From an uncultured bacterium (lineage in GTDB: Bacteria > Acidobacteriota > Holophagae > Holophagales > Holophagaceae): DNA of 18,174 bases. Of the stretch, positions 7,702 to 14,120 are shown one piece after another. The translations under genes were made by a program, and so were the position numbers. The notes under the pieces are model-generated. The model was not told where the DNA came from. It did not search any database and saw only the letters and a list, made by a program, of their open reading frames with translations. Each line of letters starts with the position of its first letter. Positions within the stretch are counted from its first letter, which is position 1. The DNA lies in contig CAXYVC010000048.1 in the NCBI GenBank assembly GCA_964292295.1, forward strand, positions 1-18,174, read 5' to 3'.

Positions 7702-8456
7702 CTGCGGGCGCCTAAGTACCGTTCCCGGAAGTAGGAGCTGTCCAGGGATTCCTCCCGGATGGTGCTGCCCTGGCGGGAGGCGTGCACGAAGCGGCCGCCT
7801 CCCGCGTAGAGGCCCACGTGGCTCACCTGGCCCTTGGCGCCGGTGGCGAAGAAGAGCAGGTCGCCCTTCTGGAGTCTGGCGCGCTCCACGGGGTGGCCCT
7901 GCTCCCACTGTTCCCGGGAGCTGCGGGGGATCCGGAGGCCGTCCAGGCGGTACACGGCCCAGACGAGGCCGCTGCAGTCGAAGCCGTCCCCGTTGGTGCC
8001 CCCCCACAGGTAGGGCACGCCCAGGAAGCTGCGGGCGCGCGCCACCAGGCGCTCCCGCAGCTCCGGGACCTTCCCGGGTTCGAGGGCGATGGGCTCGGGC
8101 GCCACGAGGTAGTAGACCTCCAGAACGCCTTCCCTCCGCAGGGCCTCGGCGCGGCGCCTGGCGGATTCCCGGTCCGGAAAGTCGCCGAAGCGCACCTTGT
8201 AGAGGCCGTCGGGCGCGGCGAAGTAGGTGGCGTCCAGGCCCAGATCCTGGAGGCGCGCGCTGAGGCGCGCGGCGTTCTCGACCCGGGCGAAGGCGCCGGC
8301 CTGGATCGTGGTGCCCAGGGCGCGGGCGGGGCGTTCCGAGGCCTGCGCGGGGACGGGGCGCCGCGGCGGGGCGGCGGGAGCGGGTCGCGGAGGCCGGCAG
8401 GCGGGGAGGGAGAGCAGCAGGCCCGCGACGAGGGCCAGGGCAACGCGCGGCCTCAC
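7692..8456 (-). CDS. NlpC/P60-family cell-wall peptidase lipoprotein with N-terminal SPOR domain
   Basis: GTG start at 8456 preceded by GAGGAGGG. Signal peptide plus a possible lipobox MRPRVALALVAGLLLSLPAC. SPOR-like segment IQAGAFARVENAARLSARLQ...YKVRFGDF. NlpC/P60 catalytic triad context GFDCSGLVWAVY (Cys), VSHVGLYAGGG (His), RFVHASRQG (His). The start overlaps the kinase stop (GTGA). The long track ORF 7692..9779 is the same frame read through without a stop; its upstream part is Arg/Pro-rich nonsense. Confidence 0.75.
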   Translation of the reverse strand: MRPRVALALVAGLLLSLPACRPPRPAPAAPPRRPVPAQASERPARALGTTIQAGAFARVENAARLSARLQDLGLDATYFAAPDGLYKVRFGDFPDRESARRRAEALRREGVLEVYYLVAPEPIALEPGKVPELRERLVARARSFLGVPYLWGGTNGDGFDCSGLVWAVYRLDGLRIPRSSREQWEQGHPVERARLQKGDLLFFATGAKGQVSHVGLYAGGGRFVHASRQGSTIREESLDSSYFRERYLGARSYL

Positions 8457-9751
8457 GCGCCCTCCTCGGGCAGGGGCTGGGGCAGCTCGAAGGTGAACTC
8501 GGCCCACTCCCCTGGGCGGGAACGGGCATCCATGCGGCCCCCGTGGAGGAGCACGATGCGCCAGGAGGTGTAGAGGCCCACGCCCGTGCCCTTGATCCGG
8601 GCCAGCTCGGGGCTCTGCAGGCGGCTGAACTTGCGGAAGAGGCGGCCGCGCTGCTCGGGGGGGAAGCCGGGGCCCTCGTTCCAGACCGCCACGCGGACGA
8701 GGTTCGGCTCGTGCCCATAGTGGAGGCGGATCAGCCCGCCCTCGCGGCCGTACTTCACGGCGTTGCCCAGCAGGTTCACCGTCACGATCTTCAGCAGGGC
8801 GGGATCGCAGCGGAGCGCTTCCGGCCGCTCCGGGTAGTGGCGCTCCACGCGCATGCCCCGCTCGGCGATCTGGGGCTGCACCAGCTCCAGGGCGGGCTCG
8901 AGCACCTCCTCCACGAGCATGGACTCCGTGGCCGCGAGGCGCAGCCTTCCGCCCTCCATGCGGGCGAGGTCGAGGTACTCGCGCACCAGGTCCAGCAGGT
9001 AGCTGCCCTTCTGGATGAGGCGCTCCAGCTTCTGCACGTGGCGCGGGTCCAGCTCCCCCAGGTAGCCGCCCGTGAGCACCCGCGCGTCGGTGATCATGCT
9101 GGCGATGGGGTTCTTCAGCTCGTGGCTCACGAAGGCGAGCATCTCGTTGTAGGCCTGGTTGGCGGCAGTGAGCTGCTCGATGCGCCAGACCTTCTCGACC
9201 GCCTGGCTCAGGCGCTCGGCCAGGGCGCGCCACAGGCGGACGTGGTAGGGCGTGTAGACCCGTTCGTCCCGCGAGCTGAGGAAGAGCAGGCCATAGGGGC
9301 GCTGCTCCACCATGAGGGGGCAGGCCATGCTGGAGCGCACGCCCTCCCGCACCAGCAGGCGGGTGGAGGCGCTGCGGGGGTGCTCCGCCTCGTAGCGCGC
9401 CAGGTCGTAGATGATGCGGCTGCAGCCGCTGGCGAGCACCGTCTGCAGGGAGCTGCCCGCGAGGTCCTCCGCGTAGCCGTCCTTCAGCAGCACTTCCGGG
9501 TACAGGGCCCGGGTGCGCCGGGAGACCACGCGCCGCCCGTTCTCCTCCACGAAGGCCAGGCCGATGCGGTCGCAGGGGTAGAGCGCCCGCAGGTTGCCGA
9601 AGAGCCAGTCCAGCAGCTCGTCCAGGGACTCCTTGGCGCTGACCTTGCGGTTCACCGTGTCGAGGATCTCCTGCTCCTCCGCCGGGAAGACCTCTTCCTC
9701 GGCGCCTTCGAAGGTGCTCAGGAAATGGAGGTTGGCGTGGAGGTCGACCAT
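8453..9751 (-). CDS. Soluble sensor histidine kinase with N-terminal GAF domain (GAF-HisKA-HATPase_c), no TM segments
   Basis: 432 aa from ATG 9751. H-box FVSHELKNPIASM, N-box NLLGNAVKYG, G1 VWNEGPGF, G2 GTGVGLY. The N-terminal 170 aa is GAF-like (…LYPCDRIGLAFVEENGRR…MACPLMVEQRPYGLLFLSS…). The SD is weak. The 8453..11548 track ORF is this frame extended upstream without a stop. Confidence 0.8.
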   Translation of the reverse strand: MVDLHANLHFLSTFEGAEEEVFPAEEQEILDTVNRKVSAKESLDELLDWLFGNLRALYPCDRIGLAFVEENGRRVVSRRTRALYPEVLLKDGYAEDLAGSSLQTVLASGCSRIIYDLARYEAEHPRSASTRLLVREGVRSSMACPLMVEQRPYGLLFLSSRDERVYTPYHVRLWRALAERLSQAVEKVWRIEQLTAANQAYNEMLAFVSHELKNPIASMITDARVLTGGYLGELDPRHVQKLERLIQKGSYLLDLVREYLDLARMEGGRLRLAATESMLVEEVLEPALELVQPQIAERGMRVERHYPERPEALRCDPALLKIVTVNLLGNAVKYGREGGLIRLHYGHEPNLVRVAVWNEGPGFPPEQRGRLFRKFSRLQSPELARIKGTGVGLYTSWRIVLLHGGRMDARSRPGEWAEFTFELPQPLPEEGA

Positions 9752-9775
9752 GGCGGGGTCCGCACGGCCATTCTC

Positions 9776-9800
9776 CCACGGGCCGGCGGGAGCCGGCCCG
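9776..9800 (-). other. Very stable GC hairpin (9-bp stem CGGGCCGGC/GCCGGCCCG, 4-nt loop) in the 65-nt hydA-kinase intercistronic gap; no U-tract
   Basis: Plus strand reads cgggccggc-ggga-gccggcccg. It lies 17-41 nt past the hydA stop codon (TAG, minus strand) and is followed on the minus strand by gugggagaauggccgug rather than a U-run. Confidence 0.4.
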
Positions 9801-9816
9801 CAGGAAAGGCCAGGGT

Positions 9817-11742
9817 CTACTCGATGTATTTCCCCCGGGGCGTGTAGTGCGTGTGCAGCAGGGCGTGGCTCTTCGCGCCGCAGGGGCCCTCGGTCAGGAA
9901 GTCCTCGTACAGCTTCAGCAGGGCGGGATTCTCGTGGGACTTCCGCACCGCGTACGCACGGTCCTCCTCGTAGATGGCGCGGGCGCGCGCCTCCCGGATG
10001 GCGGGGCTGGTGGGGATCGGCTGCCCGCCGCCGCCGATGCAGCCGCCGGGGCAGCCCATGAACTCGATGAAGTGGCACTTGGAGAGCTCGCCACCGCGTC
10101 GGATGTCCTCCATCACCTTCTTGGCGTTGGCGGTGCCGTGGGCCACCGCCACCTTCAGGGTGTGCCCCTTCAGGAAGCGCCAGTGGGGGAAGAGGTGCGC
10201 CAGCATGGGGGGCACCTCTCCCACCTCCTGGATGGGGAGCTCCAGGTAGCGCACGCCATCGAATCCGCGCAGGGGCTTGATTTCCGCGTGCTCGAAGAGG
10301 TTCTCCACCTTCACGCCGCACACCAGCTCCACGACCGTGCGCAGGGCCGCCTCCATCACGCCGCCGGTGGCGCCGAAGATCACGCCCGACCCCGTGGCCG
10401 TTCCGAAGGGGGCGTCGAAGTCGCTCTTCGGAAGCATCGGGAGCTCCAGGCCGGCCTCGCTGATCATCTTCGCCAGTTCCCGGGTGGTGAGGCCGTAGTC
10501 CACGTCCTTGAAGCCGCTGGCGGCCATCTCGGAGCGGTTGCACTCGAACTTCTTGGCCGAGCAGGGCATGAGGGCCACCGTCACGATGTCCTTCGGGTCG
10601 ATCCCGTGCTTCTCGGCGTAGTACGTCTTGATCACCGCGCCGAACATCTGCTGGGGGCTCTTGGCGGTGCTCAGGTTCGGGATGTATTCGGGGTAGAAGT
10701 GCTCCAGGTATTTCACCCACCCCGGCGAGCAGGAGGTGAACTGGGGGAAGGCGGCGCCGGGCTCCCGCAGCAGCAGCGCCTTCTTGAGGCGCAGCAGCAG
10801 TTCGGTGCCCTCCTCCAGGATCGTGAGGTCCGCCGAGAAGTTGGTGTCGAAGACCCGGTCGAAGCCGCACATGCGCAGCGCCGTGTTCAGCTCGAAGGTG
10901 AGGGCTCGGCCCGGCGCGAGGCCGAAGCATTCGCCGATGGCGGCCCGCGGGCTGGGGGCGGTCTGGATCACCACGTGCTTGGCGGGGTCGTCGATGGCGG
11001 CCCACACCTCGTCCGTGGGGTCGTTGGCGCGCAGGGCGCCCGTGGGGCAGCGGTTGATGCACTGCCCGCAGTTGATGCACACCACGCTGCCCAGGGGCTT
11101 CTCCAGGAAGGTGCCGATGTGGCTCCTGGCGCCCCGCTCGATCACCTCGATGGTGCCGACCTCCTGGAGGTCGATGCAGGTGCGCACGCAGCGGCGGCAG
11201 AGGATGCACTTGTTGTTGTCCCGCACCACGCTGGTGCTGGATGCGTCGATCTCGTGGACGGGCTGGCTCTGGTGGCCGAAGCGGAAGAAGTCGACGCCGT
11301 ATTCCCTGGCGAGGGACTGGAGCTCGCAGGTGCCGTTGCGCCCGCAGGCGTAGCAGTCGCCCACGTGCTCGGAGAGGAGCAGGTCCAGGATGTGGCGCCG
11401 CGCCCGGCGCACCCGTTCGGTGTGCGTGCGCACCTTGATGGGGGCGGTGACGGGGTAGGCGCAGGCGGCCTGGAGGGTGCGCTGGCCCTCGATCTCCACG
11501 GAGCAGATGCGGCAGACGCCCGCCACGCAAAGGTCCGGGTGGTGGCATAGGGTGGGGATCCGCACGCCCACGCGGGCGGCGGCCTCCAGGATGGTGGTGC
11601 CCAAGGGCACCTTCACCTCCGTCCCGTTGATGGAGATGCCCACCTGGCCGCCGATGGCCTGGGGGCGGTCGGGCGGCGGCACCACCTGGGCCTGCTGGCT
11701 GGCGGGGGCGCGGCGGGATGCAGTCGTGGTCTGGTCGGACAT
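9817..11742 (-). CDS. hydA: [FeFe]-hydrogenase catalytic subunit HydA (M3-type: 2Fe-2S, His-ligated 4Fe-4S, 2x 4Fe-4S ferredoxin-like, H-cluster domain)
   Basis: 641 aa from ATG 11742, with GGAG 6 nt upstream. 2Fe-2S motif CHHPDLCVAGVCRIC. His-ligated cluster motif HVGDCYACGRNGTC. Ferredoxin-like motifs CILCRRCVRTC and CINCGQCINRCP. H-cluster motifs L1 FTSCSPGW (variant), L2 MPCSAKKFE, L3 EFMGCPGGCIGGGGQP. Confidence 0.9.
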   Translation of the reverse strand: MSDQTTTASRRAPASQQAQVVPPPDRPQAIGGQVGISINGTEVKVPLGTTILEAAARVGVRIPTLCHHPDLCVAGVCRICSVEIEGQRTLQAACAYPVTAPIKVRTHTERVRRARRHILDLLLSEHVGDCYACGRNGTCELQSLAREYGVDFFRFGHQSQPVHEIDASSTSVVRDNNKCILCRRCVRTCIDLQEVGTIEVIERGARSHIGTFLEKPLGSVVCINCGQCINRCPTGALRANDPTDEVWAAIDDPAKHVVIQTAPSPRAAIGECFGLAPGRALTFELNTALRMCGFDRVFDTNFSADLTILEEGTELLLRLKKALLLREPGAAFPQFTSCSPGWVKYLEHFYPEYIPNLSTAKSPQQMFGAVIKTYYAEKHGIDPKDIVTVALMPCSAKKFECNRSEMAASGFKDVDYGLTTRELAKMISEAGLELPMLPKSDFDAPFGTATGSGVIFGATGGVMEAALRTVVELVCGVKVENLFEHAEIKPLRGFDGVRYLELPIQEVGEVPPMLAHLFPHWRFLKGHTLKVAVAHGTANAKKVMEDIRRGGELSKCHFIEFMGCPGGCIGGGGQPIPTSPAIREARARAIYEEDRAYAVRKSHENPALLKLYEDFLTEGPCGAKSHALLHTHYTPRGKYIE

Positions 11743-11762
11743 GGTCGACTCCGATGCGCGCG

Positions 11763-12938
11763 TCAGGCGTGGGTGAACTGGCGGCCCATGATCTCGTCGC
11801 GGAAGTGCTTCACGACGGAGAGGAAGGCGTTGGGGCTGCTCTGGCCGAGCCCGCACTTGGAGGCGATCTGCATGGTCTCCCCCAGGGCGCACAGCTCGTT
11901 CAGGTGGGCCATGGAACAGGTGCCCTCCTGGAGGCGCCGCACGCCCTCCAGGAGCTTCGGGTTGCCGCAGCGGCAGGGGGTGCACTGGCCGCAGCTCTCG
12001 TCCACGAAGAAGGCGAGGAAGTTCTCCAGCACCCGCAGCATGTCGCGCTGGGGCCCGAAGACGATCACGCTGCCGCCGGTGGGGATGTCCTCGAAGGCCA
12101 GGGTGCGCCCGAATTCCGCGGCGGGAACGCACTGCCCCGAGGCGCCGCCGATCTGGACGGCCTTGGCCCCCGTGCCGCCCACCTGCGCGAGCAGTTCGTG
12201 GACGGTGATGCCCAGGGGGAGCTCGTAGACGCCGGGGCGCTCGCAGTCGCCGGAGACGCTGAAGAGCTTCGGGCCCGTGCTCTTCTCGGTGCCCTTGGAG
12301 CGGAACCAGGCCGCGCCCTTGGCCAGGATGCAGGCGGCCGAGGCGAGGGTCTCCACGTTGTTCACCACCGTGGGGTGCCCCAGGAAGCCGGTGTTCACGG
12401 GGAAGGGGGGCCGGTTGCGCGGTTCGCCCCGGAAGCCCTCCAGGCACTCGATGAGGGCGGTCTCCTCGCCGCAGATGTAGGCGCCGGCGCCCGTGAAGAC
12501 CCGGATGTCGAAGTCCAGGTCGCTGCCCAGGATCTCGCGCCCCAGCAGCTTCTGCTCCCGGCGGCGCGCCAGCACTTCCAGGAGGTGGGGCTTCAGGTAG
12601 GTGTACTCGCCGCGCAGGAAGAGGATGCCCTCCTTGGCGCCGATGGCCCTTCCCGCGAGGGTCATGCCCTCGAAGACGAGGTCCGCGTGCTCCTGGAGGA
12701 TCACCCGGTCCTTGAAGGTGCCGGGCTCACCCTCGTCGGCGTTGCAGACCACGAACTTGCGGCTGGACTTGGCGGCCGCCGCGAAGTTCCACTTCACGCC
12801 CGTGGGGAAGCCCGCGCCGCCGCGGCCCTTGAGGCCGGAGGCGCCGATCTCGGCGATGATGTCGGGGCGGGGCAGGGACAGGGCCCTGCGCAGGCCCTCT
12901 TCCGGAACCATGGAGGCAAAGGTCGGGACGGGGCTCAT
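11763..12938 (-). CDS. hydB: NADH-binding flavoprotein subunit HydB (NuoF/51-kDa-like), compact form
   Basis: 391 aa from ATG 12938, with AGGAGG 10 nt upstream. NuoF motifs GASGLKGRGGAGFPTGVKW (FMN/NADH site) and ESCGQCTPCRCG...KCGLGQ (N3 4Fe-4S). There are no additional CxxCxxCxxxCP ferredoxin motifs and no N-terminal thioredoxin-like 2Fe-2S domain. ATGA overlap with hydC. Confidence 0.85.
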   Translation of the reverse strand: MSPVPTFASMVPEEGLRRALSLPRPDIIAEIGASGLKGRGGAGFPTGVKWNFAAAAKSSRKFVVCNADEGEPGTFKDRVILQEHADLVFEGMTLAGRAIGAKEGILFLRGEYTYLKPHLLEVLARRREQKLLGREILGSDLDFDIRVFTGAGAYICGEETALIECLEGFRGEPRNRPPFPVNTGFLGHPTVVNNVETLASAACILAKGAAWFRSKGTEKSTGPKLFSVSGDCERPGVYELPLGITVHELLAQVGGTGAKAVQIGGASGQCVPAAEFGRTLAFEDIPTGGSVIVFGPQRDMLRVLENFLAFFVDESCGQCTPCRCGNPKLLEGVRRLQEGTCSMAHLNELCALGETMQIASKCGLGQSSPNAFLSVVKHFRDEIMGRQFTHA

Positions 12939-13456
12939 GCGAGGTGGACCTCCTTCCTCTCGGTGGCGTGGACGCCGAAGACCTTGCGGCAGTCCTCGAG
13001 GATCGCGTGCACCTGTTCCGGCGTGACGCGGGTGAAGACCCGCTCGTTCACCAGGAGCGCCGGCCCCTGGTCGCACATGCCCATGCAGTTCGCCCACTCC
13101 AGGGTGAACTTGCCGTCCTTCGTGGTCTCGCCGAAGGCGATGCCCAGGTCGTTCTCCAGCTGGCGGGCCCCGCGGTCCTTCCCCTGCATGTCGCAGGAGA
13201 TGGTGCGGCAGAGGCGGATCACGAAGCGGCCCTGGGCGCGCTCCCCCAGGAATGCATAGAAGGAGGCGACGCTGTGCACCTCCACGGGGTGGATGCCCAG
13301 CTCGTCGGCCACCACCTGGAGGGCGTAGGCGTCGAGCCGGTGGTACGTGCGCTTCACCTCCTGGAGGATGGTCAGCAGGGCGCTGCGGTCGCAGCCGAAG
13401 CGCTCGGCCAGCGCCTTGACCTCCCGAACCAGGCGTTCCCGTTCGGTCATCAGCAT
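12935..13456 (-). CDS. hydC: Thioredoxin-like [2Fe-2S] subunit HydC (NuoE/24-kDa-like)
   Basis: 173 aa from ATG 13456, with GGGAGG 7 nt upstream. NuoE Cys pattern RLCRTISC...WANCMGMCDQGPAL (Cx4C...Cx3C). Stop TGA overlaps the hydB ATG. Confidence 0.85.
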   Translation of the reverse strand: MLMTERERLVREVKALAERFGCDRSALLTILQEVKRTYHRLDAYALQVVADELGIHPVEVHSVASFYAFLGERAQGRFVIRLCRTISCDMQGKDRGARQLENDLGIAFGETTKDGKFTLEWANCMGMCDQGPALLVNERVFTRVTPEQVHAILEDCRKVFGVHATERKEVHLA

Positions 13457-13458
13457 GG

Positions 13459-13839
13459 CTAGGCCTCCCGGCGCGCCAGCAGGCGCGCCACCTTCGCCAC
13501 GAGCACGTCGGGCTCCACGGGCTTGGGCACGAAATCGTCCACGGGCACCATCTCGTCGTCCGGGCCGAAGGCGAGGCCTGAGGCGGTGGCGACGCTGGTG
13601 AGCATGAGGATCGGCAGTTTCAGGCCCTTCCGGCGCAGCTCCTGGGCCATGGTGAAGCCGTCGTCCGGCTGCTCCATCATCACGTCCAGGATCAGCAGGT
13701 CCGGCTGGAAGCGCTCCACCATCCGGAGGCCTTCCTGGCGGCTTCCCGCGGAGGCCACCTCGTGGCCCTCCTTCTGGAGGAAGAGCTGGCTGGCTTCCAC
13801 GATGTCGGGGTCGTCGTCGACGATGAGGACCTTGGCCAT
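13459..13839 (-). CDS. Stand-alone response-regulator receiver domain protein (CheY-like, no output domain)
   Basis: 126 aa from ATG 13839, with GGAG 6 nt upstream. MAKVLIVDDDPDIVEA (acid pocket), DLLILDVMMEQPDDGF (phospho-acceptor Asp), LMLTS (Thr), FVPKPV (Lys). The stop lies 2 nt before the hydC ATG. The track ORF extends it to 14109, but that N-terminus is low-complexity. Confidence 0.8.
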   Translation of the reverse strand: MAKVLIVDDDPDIVEASQLFLQKEGHEVASAGSRQEGLRMVERFQPDLLILDVMMEQPDDGFTMAQELRRKGLKLPILMLTSVATASGLAFGPDDEMVPVDDFVPKPVEPDVLVAKVARLLARREA

Positions 13840-14120
13840 GCGGGGCTCCTGTTCCCGGCGCCTTCCGCCGGTGCGGCCAGGGAGCGGAAGGGTTTCCTCC
13901 GCGCCTGGATGGGGGGGTGGAACGGGGGTTTCCAAGGGGCTGTCTTGAGGGGGATGGCCCGCATGGTAGCCATGGCCTGGGAAGGGGTCCAGGAAGAAGT
14001 GCGGTTGCGCGCGGGAAGCCTCCTTTCCGGCGCGCCCGGGGCCCCGCTGGGCGGCCTGGGGCCGCGCGCTGCGGTCCGTTGGGCAGAATCCAGGCCTCAC
14101 GTGTTCCAAGGAGAGACGCC

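Noticed and set aside
5506-8718. 1070-aa minus-strand ORF antisense to the sigma/anti-sigma/hypothetical genes
   Set aside because: Low-complexity RPGA-rich translation. The opposite strand encodes recognisable ECF sigma and ZAS anti-sigma motifs with proper RBSs and coupling, so I treat the long ORF as spurious.
8457-9779. Upstream 440 codons of the 695-aa ORF 7692..9779
   Set aside because: Only the last 254 codons (from GTG 8456) show a signal peptide, SPOR and NlpC/P60 motifs. The upstream part is Arg/Pro-rich nonsense in an alternative frame of the histidine-kinase gene.
9752-11548. N-terminal 600 codons of ORF 8453..11548, and the analogous N-terminal extensions of ORFs 9817..12447, 11763..13097, 12935..14173 and 13459..14109
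   Set aside because: Each real gene begins at an internal ATG with an SD (9751, 11742, 12938, 13456, 13839). The extensions are frame read-through into the upstream gene and are low-complexity.
13918-13934. Sigma-54-like TGGAAC-N5-TTTCC element
   Set aside because: It matches only part of the -24/-12 consensus (TC in place of GC at -12). It lies about 185 nt from the flotillin start, and no bacterial enhancer-binding protein gene is nearby. I kept it only as a weak note within the intergenic-region finding.
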